A DNA stretch of 64,000 nucleotides from an uncultured Alphaproteobacteria bacterium. Its GTDB lineage: Bacteria; Pseudomonadota; Alphaproteobacteria; Rhodobacterales; Rhodobacteraceae. The position numbers and the translations under genes are program-made. Positions 49,714 to 61,099 of this stretch are shown in pieces. The notes beneath the pieces were generated by a model that ran no database searches, was not told the DNA's origin, and saw only the letters and a program-made list of their open reading frames with translations. Within the stretch, counting starts at the first letter, position 1; the number at the start of each line of letters is the position of its first letter. The DNA lies in assembly GCA_963736565.1 (NCBI GenBank), contig CAVTOW010000002.1:807497-871496 (forward strand), given 5' to 3'.

Positions 49714-49739
49714 AACGCGCTGACGTCGGCAACGGTTCC
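49714..49739 (-). promoter_or_regulatory. Putative sigma-EcfG promoter of the HWE kinase
   Basis: Minus strand GGAAC-N17-CGTT about 25 nt upstream of the GTG start. Confidence 0.6.
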
Positions 49740-50068
49740 TATAGATGACTGACCTTTTCTCTGCGGTTGAACGTCTTCTGGAAGATACCCAAACTCGGTC
49801 TGAGGTGCCCTAAGTTTCGTAGACGCCTGCCGCGTCTTATCCACCCCCGCGCCATCGACAACGGCCAGCTCGCCTAACGTGCTAGCGCAGCCAGTCAAGA
49901 ACAACATCGCGTGGCAGACCCTAAGAACCTCGCCTAGCATAATCGAGTTCACTTGAATTTCGGTTCGCCAGTTTCTTTCAATCACGGCACACCTGCTACG
50001 ATTCCGTCAGTAACCGTCTCGACGTCGCGGTTTCGTCTGATGAGACGCAACTGCGGCACGATCATTTG

Positions 50069-51590
50069 TCAATCTTCCGGCGCCACACCGCCGTTCTCGA
50101 TCTGTTTTCTGACATAGGGCGCAAGTCGTTCAGCGGCGCCCACACAGGCGGCGGGAGTGGTGAAGTCTGCCAGCGTTTTCTGCCAGATCGCCGTGGCGCG
50201 CTGATCGGCCCGCAGTGCGCCGTTCTCGGTCCAACGGCCGTAATTGGAGAGATCGGCAACCAGCGGGGCATAGAAGGCGGTCTGATAGCGTTCCATCGTG
50301 TGTTGCGCGGCAAAGAAATGCCCGCCCGGGTGCGACTTCAGCAATGGCATCATAGGCAAGGGCCGCGGTGTCGGCGGCCGCAGGACGGCAGAGTTCGGCC
50401 AGAGTTTGCAGGGCCTCGATATCGACAATGAATTTCTCGTAACCGAAGGTCAGACCGCCCTCGAGCCACCCGGCTGCATGGAGTGTAATCGTGGCTTGTG
50501 CCAGCATGGCGGCCCAGAGCCCATTGACGGTTTCCGTCGCTCCCTGAGCATCAGCAACGTTTGAAGCGGCGCCTGTCGCAGAGCGCCACGGCAATCCGAT
50601 GAACCGCGCCAGCTGACCTGATCCCAGGTTCGCGCGAACATGTTCGGGTGTGCCAAAGGCGGGCGAGCCGGATTTCATGTCGACGTTCGACGAGAAGCCA
50701 CCGTAGGCCACCGGGGCACCGGGACGGGTGAGTTGTGCCAGCGTGATACCTGCCAAGGCCTCGGCATGTTGTAGAACCAAAGCCCCCGCGACGGTCACAG
50801 GCGCCATCGCGCCTGCGAGGCAGAAGGGTGTGATCAGACTCAACTGGCCTGCGCGCGCGAAATCAATGATCCCTCGGGCCATAGGGACGTCCAGCTGTCG
50901 CGGGGAGTTGGAATTGATCACGGTTGTTGCCCAGACCCCGTCTTCAAAACCCGCGTCGTCGAGATCGTGGGCCAGACGGATCATCTCGAAGGATTGCGCC
51001 ACTTGGCCGCGTCCGCGTGCGTAGACGAAAAGGGGTTTGGTGCAGTTGGTGAGTTGGTCCTGCATCAGCGCATAGTGCCGGATATGGCTCGGGACGTCCT
51101 GTGGTTCAGCACTGGGTCCATGCATGTGGATGACGTCGAAGCTTTGCTGGAGGCGCAAAGTTTCGACAAAGCTCTCCCGGCTGCCGGGCCTACGGCCGCG
51201 CAGGGCATCGGTAACGTTCGGACAACCTGATCCCGCCATGAAAAGCGCGGCCCCAGGCTCGAATATCTGCTCATGTGCAGGGTCAGCGGCTCGCAGGCGG
51301 ATGCTACGTGGTGCCGAAGCGAGGGCGGCCGCGACAATGTCGCGCCCTATCCGGACCATTTGGCTGTCGTCGTCACAGCGTGCGCCTGCCGCGCGGAAGA
51401 TCGCCCGCGCCTCGTCCAACAGAATGCGGATCCCGAGGTTCTCCAGCACGCGGAGCGCGGTGTCGTGCATCGCCGCGATTTCGTCGGCTGAGAAACCTTC
51501 CTGCGGTCCAAGGCGATGGCGCAGTTGGGCATAGCCGGCTCGCCTTGCCGAAGGCGGACGGGCGCGACGCTGTCGAGGGAAATCGCTCAA
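50069..51590 (-). CDS. Non-pyrrolysine trimethylamine methyltransferase (MttB) family, one frameshift near 50330
   Basis: INSNSPRQLD, GAMAPVT, NVDMKSGSPAFGTPE, HAAGWLEGGL, PGGHFF. Confidence 0.85.
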
Positions 51591-52006
51591 CTCGGATCCT
51601 TTCGGCTTCGGTGTCGTATGAAGAAATAGGTAACATCACTGCAGCACTTTGGCGCTCCACTTAATGAAACGTCCGCGCGTTCCAGTACCGTCAGAGCGTG
51701 TTTGCGGTCGAACCCCTTTGCCGACTGATCGCCCTAGCTTGTCAGTGCCGGCTGCAAGATATGCGCACCACCCGATAAGAGCGGCGGCCTGCGCGGCCTT
51801 GGAACTTTCGCAGTTTACGAGAGACAGCGCGGCGTCACCTGCACGGAACACCTCGGCTCGGAGTTCGGCAACGTCGAACGTCCAGCCCATGGACCCTGCT
51901 GTCTCAAACTGATCGCAGTAGGCGGTCAGTCGCTGACTTTTCCGAAATGGCGCCAACTCGTCTAGGTGACGGTAGATCCCGCCTACTGGCGAACACCCAT
52001 GAGGAG

Positions 52007-53134
52007 ATGGCTTTGCTTCACATCGATCTGCCTACACGTCCTGAGATCCTTCACGTGGCGAGCGTCCGCGCTACTTCGGCCGTCACGATCTACATCTCGA
52101 CGACCCCGCTGACCGAGGCGACGCAGGTCGACCGGATTGAACTGAAGAACCTCGCGAAGGAAGCGGTGTCTCAACTTCATGCCGCAGGCACTGACAAGCG
52201 CAGCATCTGGCCAATAGAGGCTGCCATCGCTGACATCGAAGGTGACGATGAGTTTTGGGCGCATCAGGCTAACAGCCTTGCCATCTTCGTAACACCTGAG
52301 TTCGTTCGCACTTTCCGCCTGCCATCAAAACTCCAGAGCAGCGTCCATGTCTCGGACCGCTTTCACATCAAGCCGCTATTGCGCGCTATCACCTTCGGGC
52401 AGGACGCCTATGTGCTGGCCATCGGGAAGGGTGCGGTGCGTCTGATTGAAGTATCGCCAGACCTGCCACCCCATTCCGTCTCGGTGCCGGGAATGCCCAA
52501 GGACATGGCTGATGCCATCGGGCGGCGCAGCCACTCTGAACGCAGCGGTCCCGGCCAGAGTGGCGAAGCTACTAGCGAAAACGCCCTGACGACTCGCTAC
52601 GCTCGCGTGGTGGACGAGGCACTGCGCCCTGTCTTGTCAGGCCATGAGCGCCCTCTGATCGTGGCCGCTGCTGAGCCAATGGCCTCGGTTTATCGCTCGG
52701 TGAGCAGCTATGCCTTTACCACGTCCGAAATACTCGGAGGCTCGGCCGATCACACACCTGACCACATTTTGGCTGGCGAAGTCCGGGGAGTGTTGGACCG
52801 CCTCTATGCTGATCAGATCGCAGACCTCGCCACGCTGTTCTCGGAACGCCATAGCCAAGCTCGCACCACCACCGATATCGCAAAGGCTGCCCGAGCAGCG
52901 ACCTTCGGCGTCATCGATACACTGATCGTGGACATCGATACCACAATCCCTGGCAGTGTTGATGACGAAACCGGCGCCGTCACCTTTGCCGACAAGGATG
53001 ATGCCGTGACATACGGTGTGGTCGACGAGATTGTCAGCCGCGCTCTCAAAACCGGCGCGCGGATTATTGCCGCCCGCAAGGAAGATGTACCAGGCAACGG
53101 GCCGTTGGCGGCAATCTTGCGATATTCGTTCTGA
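52007..53134 (+). CDS. Bacterial archaeo-eukaryotic release factor (baeRF)-like protein
   Basis: VTIYISTTP, DDEFW, DRFHIKPLLR, C-terminal AAILRY typical of eRF1-domain-3-like baeRF proteins. Confidence 0.7.
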   Translation: MALLHIDLPTRPEILHVASVRATSAVTIYISTTPLTEATQVDRIELKNLAKEAVSQLHAAGTDKRSIWPIEAAIADIEGDDEFWAHQANSLAIFVTPEFVRTFRLPSKLQSSVHVSDRFHIKPLLRAITFGQDAYVLAIGKGAVRLIEVSPDLPPHSVSVPGMPKDMADAIGRRSHSERSGPGQSGEATSENALTTRYARVVDEALRPVLSGHERPLIVAAAEPMASVYRSVSSYAFTTSEILGGSADHTPDHILAGEVRGVLDRLYADQIADLATLFSERHSQARTTTDIAKAARAATFGVIDTLIVDIDTTIPGSVDDETGAVTFADKDDAVTYGVVDEIVSRALKTGARIIAARKEDVPGNGPLAAILRYSF

Positions 53135-53194
53135 TCATCACATCCAGTCGATCGCTAGACTTTCAACGGTCTGTTCAAGATCGGGGTCATCTAC

Positions 53195-53399
53195 CGCTGC
53201 GGCCCCGGGCAGAGCTTCGGGGCCGTGGAGTACTTCACGTTGGAATGGGTCGACTGGTTCATCAACCGTCGTCTGATTGAGCCGACCGGTAGCGCCTGCC
53301 CCGCTGAAGTCGAGGCCAACTTCTCCACACCTCTGGAACCAGTACCGATGGCCGCCTAGTTAACGACAAACAACCTTCGGTAAACCCCATCCGGTTCAG
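53195..53399 (+). mobile_element. IS3-family 3' remnant
   Basis: EWVDWF..RRLIEP..PAEVEANF..PMAA*; right end AAACCC..CGGTTCA. Confidence 0.7.
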
Positions 53400-53413
53400 T
53401 TAGGGCAAAACGC

Positions 53414-53995
53414 ATGCACGCAGTGTTCTTCGAAATGCGCCCTCGTGCAGGCCATCTTTCCCACTACTTTGAGCACGTAGCTAAGCTCAAGCCCGTTCTG
53501 GCGCGCCATCATGGCCTAGCATTCCTCGATCGCTATTCCTCGCTCGCTGACGCAGACGTGCTGTTGTCCCATCAGCTCTGGGAGAGTGAGGCGGCGATCG
53601 CGGCGTGGCGCGCGGATTTACAACACCGCAGGTCGCAAGCCGCCGGGCGGAAAGTACACTTTGCGGACTACCGGATCCGAGTGGGGAAGAGAGTGTCGCA
53701 CTGGGAAGCAGGGCAGACCGAAGTCGCTGCAACTCCCAAATCGGAGGTGGACACTGAGCACGTGATCGCATTCTACGGTTTGTGTCCAATTGCGGCACCC
53801 TTCTTCACCGCCTTTGAAAGTGTGAACTACCAAGGCAAGTTTATATCCCTAGCAGCGATGCAGGGCTTCTCCTCGGCGCAAGAGAGGTTGCGAGAGCACA
53901 TTGGCGCCAACGGCCTCGAAGCAGCGGCAATCTACGCAATAACGCGCGATTATGGCCAGTTCGATCGTGCGCAGGCTCCGACTCGCTGCTGTTAG
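53414..53995 (+). CDS. Antibiotic biosynthesis monooxygenase (ABM) domain protein
   Basis: WESEAAIAAWRADLQHRRSQAAGR..FADYRIRV, RDYG. Confidence 0.75.
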   Translation: MHAVFFEMRPRAGHLSHYFEHVAKLKPVLARHHGLAFLDRYSSLADADVLLSHQLWESEAAIAAWRADLQHRRSQAAGRKVHFADYRIRVGKRVSHWEAGQTEVAATPKSEVDTEHVIAFYGLCPIAAPFFTAFESVNYQGKFISLAAMQGFSSAQERLREHIGANGLEAAAIYAITRDYGQFDRAQAPTRCC

Positions 53996-54270
53996 ACAAA
54001 TGCGAACTCATCTCTGTTAGGGCTGGACTTGCCCGACTTTTGTAGAGAGCGTTTAGCTCACTTCCCTGGCGTTTCGCTCGAAGGCGAGAGCGACGGTGCG
54101 GCTCAGCTTGAAGATCTCTCGACTGGGAGGGTTACGTTCTTGATTGAAGTGGTTGAACACCGAGGCGTGGACGGAATCGAACTTCTGTGACGTTCCCATG
54201 CGCCGGTGCCCTAGCGTTGCCCGCTCCCGCCTTCAAACCGGCTTGCAAGAATTCTCGTTCGGTTGTCGGT
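53987..54270 (-). mobile_element. IS6-family 3' remnant
   Basis: Minus strand RRMGTSQKFDSVHASVFNHFNQER; end-like GCTGTTAGACAAATGCGAAC overlaps the ABM stop. Confidence 0.65.
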
Positions 54271-54362
54271 TCAGAAAAATTTCTACATTAATGGTCTGCT
54301 GGTCGAAGTTGGTCCCCGCGTCTCGCTACCACGTCAAGGGGAGAGCGTCTCGACCCAACTGA

Positions 54363-56097
54363 ATGGTCGACATGAGCGCGGAGAACGTCCATCGCCGATT
54401 GGCTGCGATCCTTGCTGCGGATGTGGTAGGATATTCTCGGCTGATGGAACTGGACGAGGAGCGCACGCTGGCTGCGCTGCGCAGCCACCGGCGCGAGGTT
54501 TTCGACCTGCTCGTGGCAAAGCACAGCGGGCGCATTTTCAAGGTGATGGGCGATGGCGTGCTGGTGGAGTTCAGTTCCGCACTCAGCGCATCCATCTGCG
54601 CACTCCAGATCCAGGAAGGCATGGCATTGCGCAATGCGGGCATTCCGGAAGACCAAAGAATTGTGTTTCGCATAGGCGTCAACCTTGGCGAGGTCATCGT
54701 TGACGGCACAGACCTACATGGGGACGGGGTCAACGTCGCAGCCCGGCTTGAGGGGTTGGCAGATCCCGGGGGGATCTACCTTTCTGCCAGTGTCCATGGT
54801 CTTGTGAGGCGCCGGCTGAAGGCTCAGTTTGACGATCTCGGGCTAAAGAAACTCAAGAACATGGCCGAGCCACTCAGGGTGTTCCGTGTCCGGTTGCATG
54901 GCGCCGAACCCCCCGTTCTTGCATTGCCCGAGAAGCCCTCAATTGCCGTGCTTCCCTTCACCAATATGAGCTCGGACCCGGAGTATGACTACTTTGTCGA
55001 CGGGTTGACCGAAGACCTGATAACCGACATCTCGCGCCATGCAGGCCTGTTTGTCATCGCCCGAAACTCAGTCTTTGCGTACAAGGGCAAGTCGCTGGAC
55101 GTGCGCCAGATCGCCAAAGAACTCGGAGTGCGCTACGTTCTCGAAGGCTCTGCGCGCCGGTCAGGGGCAAGGGTGCGCATCAACGCGCAGCTGATCGACA
55201 GTCATGGCGGGGGACACGTCTGGGCGGAGCGCTTTGACCGGGATCTCGAAGACATATTTGATTTGCAGGACGAAGTGAGCGCCCATATCCGCGACGCCCT
55301 TGTCGGCCAGCTGGTGGTGCCGCCCCCACGCAATCGCCCCAAGAACACGGACGCCTACGATCTTTGCACGCGCGGACGGGCCTTGCTGGATTTCCTCCTT
55401 TGGCCTTGCTGACGCCATGCGCGAGGCGATGGTCCTTCTCGAGAAGGCTATTGATCTCGATCCCGGCTACGCCGAAGCGTACCGCTGCCTCGCCTTGGTG
55501 CGCAATGACGCCTGGACCCATAGCAACATCCCGGTAGACGACCGGCGCGGCACCGTTCTGGCGCTGGCCGAACGGGCTGTGGCGCTGGACCCGAACAGTT
55601 CCCACTGCCGTGCAACCTATGCTTTGCTGCTGGACTACGCTGGTCAGTGGGATTCCTCGCGTCGCGAACACGAGCTGGCACTGGCGCTTGATCCTAACAA
55701 CGCCGATGCAATGGTGATGTATGCGGACTTCCTTCTTTTTTCTGGACAACATGGCAGATCCGAGGAACTTGTCAGGCGCGCCTTGAGGATCAATCCGTTA
55801 CCGGCAGGGTGGTACTTCATGGCGCAGGGAAAGATTCAATATGCGCTTCGCCGGTACGAAGGCGCCGTCGAGACATTACGCAACCCGGTCACCTATCGCA
55901 CCGCATCACGCCGTTACCTCGCGGCGAGCCTGGCCCAGCTTGGACGGATCGACGAAGCCAAATACGAAGCCGCGCTCTTCATGGCGAGCAATCCCGAGTT
56001 TTCGATCAGCCATTGGGTGTCTTCGACGGAGTTTGAAGACGAGGCGACGAAGGCGCACTTTATCGAAGGATATCGTCTCGCCGGGCTTCCGGAATGA
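54363..56097 (+). CDS. Class III adenylate/guanylate cyclase with TolB-N-like and TPR domains (one frameshift near 55395)
   Basis: ADVVGYSRLM, GDG, GDGVNVAARLE, KPSIAVLPF, TPR helices. Confidence 0.88.
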
Positions 56098-56348
56098 TCT
56101 TGATCTTCGTTGGCAAGCGTGGCCAGGCAAGCTCTCGCCGTCGGCACCTGAATGCGATAGACTTAGTTGCGATGACGCCGCGGTTGCACCGACGCCGATG
56201 GCGGGCCATTTGCTCTTGGCGAACGGGGTAGGGCGCTATCCCCGATCGCCCACACAAACACTTGACCGGCTAGCCTTAGGCACGCGGGTAAGACCCGAAA
56301 CGCCTGTTCGCTCGCGAGTATCTCCCCCCCTACATTTAGGAGGAATGA

Positions 56349-56666
56349 ATGATTTCCCATAGCCAACGCAGAGCCCAGTTGCAGGCGCGCTATGCCGAAC
56401 TGGAAAAGCGCATCGTTGCTATCGATGAAGAACTCGACGCGGAGCATTCGTCTGACTGGGATGAACTTGCTATCGAGCGGGAGGACGACGAGGTGCTCGA
56501 GGGTGTTGGCAACTCGGCTCAGAGGGAAATCCGCCAGATCGAGGCTGCATTGGAGCGGCTCGATTCCGGCGAGTATGGCGTGTGCACAAACTGCGGCGAT
56601 CCGATACCGGAAGAACGACTGACAATTCTACCCTACACGCCGTTCTGCCGGAATTGCGCGCCATGA
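56349..56666 (+). CDS. TraR/DksA C4 zinc-finger protein
   Basis: YGVCTNCGDPIPEERLTILPYTPFCRNC; AGGAGG RBS. Confidence 0.85.
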   Translation: MISHSQRRAQLQARYAELEKRIVAIDEELDAEHSSDWDELAIEREDDEVLEGVGNSAQREIRQIEAALERLDSGEYGVCTNCGDPIPEERLTILPYTPFCRNCAP

Positions 56667-56849
56667 GCCCCGAGACCCCGAGGCCGCCGCTTCCAGATAC
56701 AGTGCGTAGCGATGCGCCGAGACAACCGCAGCCACCATCTACGGAAGCGGGTGACGCCGTCAAACCGCTGTATGTGTTGCCCGTCATGACATCGAAGCCG
56801 AGTTCCACCGAGCGAGGATGACGAGACTTAGGCCGGTTTTGACAATATG

Positions 56850-57198
56850 CCGGTGTGCGGGAGTGGATCACCGCCGTCGGAGCACGAACCGCCTACATCG
56901 AGCCTGGCAGCCCCTGGAAGAACGGCTACTGCGAGAGCTTCAACTCCAAGCTCCGCGACGAACTGCTGAACGGAGAAATCTTCTACAGCCTCGCCGAAGC
57001 AGGGATCGTCATCGTGTCTTGGCGCCGCCACTACAAAACCAAACGCCCGCACTCATGACTCGGGTACCGCCCGCCAGCTACCGAGGTCATCCAGTGGCCG
57101 GCTTCGCCGTCCGGACCCGCTTCGCAAGCCACGCCAGCCGTAGCGCCAAGACTCGTTATACACTAAGTTTGAAGCTGGACCACTTGATCGGGGCAGGG
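56850..57198 (+). mobile_element. IS3-family integrase-core 3' remnant with right end
   Basis: [29 protein letters not shown]; end CTGGACCACTTGATCGGGGCA. Confidence 0.8.
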
Positions 57199-57429
57199 AC
57201 ACCGCGCTGGTCGCCAAGGGCGTGTTCAGGTTTTGGATGTGGAGCCGGTGATCGGCGCGCTGCTGACGCTCGGGATTTCCGCGGTTCATCGACATCAGCT
57301 CGATCCGCCTCTGGCTCCGCCAGTTGTCAACATGACCAAAATTCCACTGAACGTTGTCCCAGCACAACGACGCTGACTGTTAGTACAATCAAATGTTTCG
57401 GACCTGTCTCTAGCTGACTCGGAAGCATT

Positions 57430-57639
57430 ATGAACGAGCCAAATATTGACGACTCCGATCTACCGCTCATGCAGCTGTTCTCGCGCTGGCCTGCAACAGT
57501 GAGCGTATTTCGATCTCATCGAATGCTCTGTTTCGGTTGCCCGATCGTACCCTTCCATACGGTTATTGACGCCTGTGAAGAATACGGGTTGGACGAAGTG
57601 GTGTTTCGCGCTGAATTACGCGGTGCGGCAATGGAATGA
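57430..57639 (+). CDS. DUF1858 (hybrid-cluster-associated redox disulfide-like) protein
   Basis: WPATVSVF..MLCFGCP..TVIDACEEYGLD. Confidence 0.75.
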   Translation: MNEPNIDDSDLPLMQLFSRWPATVSVFRSHRMLCFGCPIVPFHTVIDACEEYGLDEVVFRAELRGAAME

Positions 57640-57727
57640 ATTGTCCTGGAAACCTTACAACACTGCGATGAATTGCACATTCAGGCAGTCTCGATCGGAG
57701 GCCGAAATAGCTGCGGCGGCGAGACTC

Positions 57728-58106
57728 TCAGCGTGCCTTACCGCTTCTGACCGCGACGATCGAGATTGCCACCCAAGTGGCAAGGCGAAGCCCCATGGCA
57801 CCCATCGTTCGCGCTTCGTATGCTGTCCCGCTCCAGACCTGCCAGAGGAAGGTGGCGAACACGATTGCGGTTGCCAGTGCGATGGAAATAGAGAGGCCAG
57901 TCGCCCAAGTGGTGCGATACCAAAGACCCAAGCCTGCGACTGACATAGGCGAACCCGGCGAGGAAGTTGAACCACAGCACGAAGGGCACAACAGCGCCCA
58001 TGTCGGCCCCGCCGAACAGGGCGCGCCCGCCGGAGAAGATCGTCAGAAGCCCGAAGATGACGGCAACAACAGCTGCAATAGTGACGGAACGGGTGCGGGT
58101 AGGCAT
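57728..58106 (-). CDS. Small membrane protein (one frameshift)
   Basis: FGLLTIFSGG, VPFVLWFNFLAGFAY, YEARTMGAM. Confidence 0.6.
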
Positions 58107-58121
58107 GGCCTTCTCCTATGT

Positions 58122-58814
58122 TCAGCTGTCCACGAGGCGACCATCGCGCAGATGGATCAGGCGGTCGAAGCGGTCGAAGATCTTTTCGTCATGGGTGACG
58201 GCAATGATGCAGGCTTCCTGTTCGGTCGCGAGCTTGCGCAAGAGGTCCATAACAAGCTGCGCACGCCCGCTGTCGAGAGCTGCAGTCGGCTCATCTGCAA
58301 GGATGATCCGCGGTCGGTTGGCCAGCGCGCGGGCGATGGCGACGCGCTGCGCCTCTCCTCCCGACAGAAGTGCTGGCTTCACCGATGCGCGATGTCCGAC
58401 TTCGAGGTAGTCAAGCAACTCGCGCGCACGGGCGCGGCCTTTGGCGGAAGGCCAGCCTGCAAGGTCAAGCACGACCGAGACATTCTCTTCGGCGGTCAGG
58501 AACGGAAGCAGGTTGTGCGCCTGAAAGATGAAGCCGATCTTGTCCAGTCGCAGCCGCCGAAGATCGCTGCGCAGCCATTTGCCGTCAAACACCGGGTCAC
58601 CGTCCAGTTCCACCTGGCCCGCTGACGGGGCAAGGATGCAGCCGATGATGTTGAGAAGCGTCGTCTTGCCCGAGCCGGAAGGGCCCAGAAGTGCTATCAC
58701 CTCGCCCGCGCGGACCTGCAGGTCGACGGCGCGCAAGGCATCGACGCGGGTTTCGCCAGAGCCATAGTGCTTTGCCACGCCTTGCACTTTGACCAGAACG
58801 TCGCCCTGCGTCAT
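58122..58814 (-). CDS. ABC ATPase (LolD/MacB-like)
   Basis: GPSGSGKT, LSGGEAQRVAIARA, ADEPT, VTHD. Confidence 0.9.
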   Translation of the reverse strand: MTQGDVLVKVQGVAKHYGSGETRVDALRAVDLQVRAGEVIALLGPSGSGKTTLLNIIGCILAPSAGQVELDGDPVFDGKWLRSDLRRLRLDKIGFIFQAHNLLPFLTAEENVSVVLDLAGWPSAKGRARARELLDYLEVGHRASVKPALLSGGEAQRVAIARALANRPRIILADEPTAALDSGRAQLVMDLLRKLATEQEACIIAVTHDEKIFDRFDRLIHLRDGRLVDS

Positions 58815-58817
58815 GGC

Positions 58818-59954
58818 CTTAGCCTCCAAGCGCGGTGGCAGGGTCGACCTTCATCGCCGCGCGCACGCCAAGGCCCGATGCAACGATGCAGACCACAAGG
58901 ATGATGCCGGCAAGCACCAGCCCGTTGAATGGGCTCAAGCACCACGCGGCGGGGAAAGTTGTCCTTGACCAGCAGGATCAGCGCCAGCCCGATGCCAAGA
59001 CCGGATGCGCCAAGGATCAGGGCCTGCTGCACGATCAGCCCGATGATGGTGCGGTCGGGCGCGCCGATCAGTTTGAGCGTGGCGATCTGTTTCAGCTTCT
59101 CCATCGTCATCGTGTAGATGATGAGGGCGATCACCACCGCGCTGACTGACAGAAGGATTCCAAGGAACAGGCCGATCTGGCGCCGCGCCCTGTCCACGAC
59201 CGAGGCTAGCAGCAACGTCTCCTGTTCGGCCTGGCTGAGCGCGGAGAGGTGCTTCCATTGCCGCACTGTGGCTGTCAGCAGAGCCACGTCAGCGCCGGGC
59301 TCCAGCCGAGCGATGACGGCAGCCACGGTAGGCGGGCGTGCGCCTTCAGCCCCGCGAGCGACCTGAACACGCGCGGCGGCAGGGTCCAGCGCCGTTTGCA
59401 GCGCAAGGGCATCCGCCAGGGTCATGTAGACTGCCGGGTCGCCGCCGGAGTTCATCGCCGCCTCCACCAGTCCAACGACCAGGAAGCTTTTGCGACCCAG
59501 GCGGATCCGGTCGCCGATCACCAGCCCGGTCTTGCGGTCGGCGATCAGTTCGAAATGGCTGGTACCAAATCCGCGCCCTTCGGCGATCGTTTGCGGCCCG
59601 CCGGGACGGCCGGGTTCAAAGCCGATGACGTAAAGCCGCAGTGGTCCGGCCCGCATGGTAGGCCTCGATGGTCTGGAAGGTGACAGCGCCCGCCTCTGCC
59701 ACGCCGGGCATGCGGGCTACGGCATCACGCGTGTCGGCAGGAATGGCCGACGCTTCGGCAAAAGGGCCTTGCGTGCCCGCCTCGACGACCCAGACATCGG
59801 CGGCCGGGGCCTTCACCACGGCCAGCGCATCGGCCACCAGCCCGTTGTAGATGCCGATCATCGCCAGCACGACCGTCATCAGAAGCCCCAGACCAAAGCA
59901 GGTCAGGACAAAGCGGAACAGGCCGTGCCGGATGTCGCGGATGGCAAGGTTCAT
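58818..59954 (-). CDS. FtsX/MacB-like ABC permease (frameshifts)
   Basis: MNLAIRDI.., EKLKQIATLKLIGA. Confidence 0.8.
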
Positions 59955-61099
59955 GGCGCATCCCCGATCCGGGCAAGCCGCCCGTCACTTGCGCCTTGTG
60001 GCGGGCTGGCCACGATCTGCGCGCCATCGGGCAGGCCGCCGGTCACCTCGATCCGGCCACGGTCGTCACGCGCACCGAATGTCAGCTCTGCACGGCCCAG
60101 CCGTCCGTCCTGCACGGTCCAGACCTGGCCGCGAAAGCCGTCAAAACCGGAAATCGCGACTTCAGGCACCATAAGTGCTGCGTCGCGGGTGCCGGTCAGA
60201 ATGCGCACCTCGGCCTGTTCACCCAGAAACATCTCTGCCGGGCAGTCGGAGCAGGTCAGCCAGACGCGGCGCTCTTCGTTAACCCGGTCGCTTTCCAGAC
60301 CGATGCGGGCGATGGTGCCGTGAAATTCGCCAGCGGGCTGCGACCGCAGGCGAATGGTGCCGGGCTGGCCAAGCGCAAGCTGGCCTGCGCGCTCTTCGTC
60401 GATATAGGCCTGTATCCAGATCGTGTCGGGGTCGATGAGGGTGAAGATCGGATCGCCCGCGCGGACCACGGCCCCGACTTCAGCGTGGCGGGCAACGATG
60501 ACCGCGTCAAAGGGCGCAAGGAGCCGGTGATGCGCCAGAAGTGTCTCTTCCAGTTGTAGGGCGGCGGCGGCGTCCTCTGCCTGAGCGCCGATCACGTCGC
60601 GCTCGGCCTCGGCCACGGCCACGTCTGCGCGGGCAACATCCTCGTCCCGCTGGGCCTCTTCGGCGCGCTGAACACTTGCGGCCTCCTGCCGGGTCAGTTC
60701 CAGCAGACGGAGATTTGCTGTCTCGCGCTGCGCCAGAATGGCCTTGGCGCGGACAACGGACGCCTCTGCCTTGGCCTGGTTGGCATGGCTGGCCGCAACA
60801 GCGGCATGCGCACGGGCAACGCGCGCCTCTTGTTCGCCCTGGTGCAGTGCGCCAAGGATCTGCCCCTGTGCGACGCTATCGCCTGCGTCGGCTGAGAGCG
60901 ACAAAAGCGTGGCGCTGACTTCAAAGCCAACCCGCGTCAGCACGCGAGCCTCAACTGTGCCAAGGCCGTAGATCCGCAGGGCCACGTCGGTTTCAGGTTC
61001 CACTACCGTCACTGTCAGCGGTCGCTCTGTCATGAACAGAACGCCTGCGCCGATCGCCAGCACTGCCGCAGCCCCGATGAACCATGCCTTTTGCATCAC
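59951..61099 (-). CDS. Efflux membrane-fusion (periplasmic adaptor) protein
   Basis: GLGTVEAR, coiled coil, LAPFDAVI, GEQAEV. Confidence 0.85.
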   Translation of the reverse strand: MMQKAWFIGAAAVLAIGAGVLFMTERPLTVTVVEPETDVALRIYGLGTVEARVLTRVGFEVSATLLSLSADAGDSVAQGQILGALHQGEQEARVARAHAAVAASHANQAKAEASVVRAKAILAQRETANLRLLELTRQEAASVQRAEEAQRDEDVARADVAVAEAERDVIGAQAEDAAAALQLEETLLAHHRLLAPFDAVIVARHAEVGAVVRAGDPIFTLIDPDTIWIQAYIDEERAGQLALGQPGTIRLRSQPAGEFHGTIARIGLESDRVNEERRVWLTCSDCPAEMFLGEQAEVRILTGTRDAALMVPEVAISGFDGFRGQVWTVQDGRLGRAELTFGARDDRGRIEVTGGLPDGAQIVASPPQGASDGRLARIGDAP

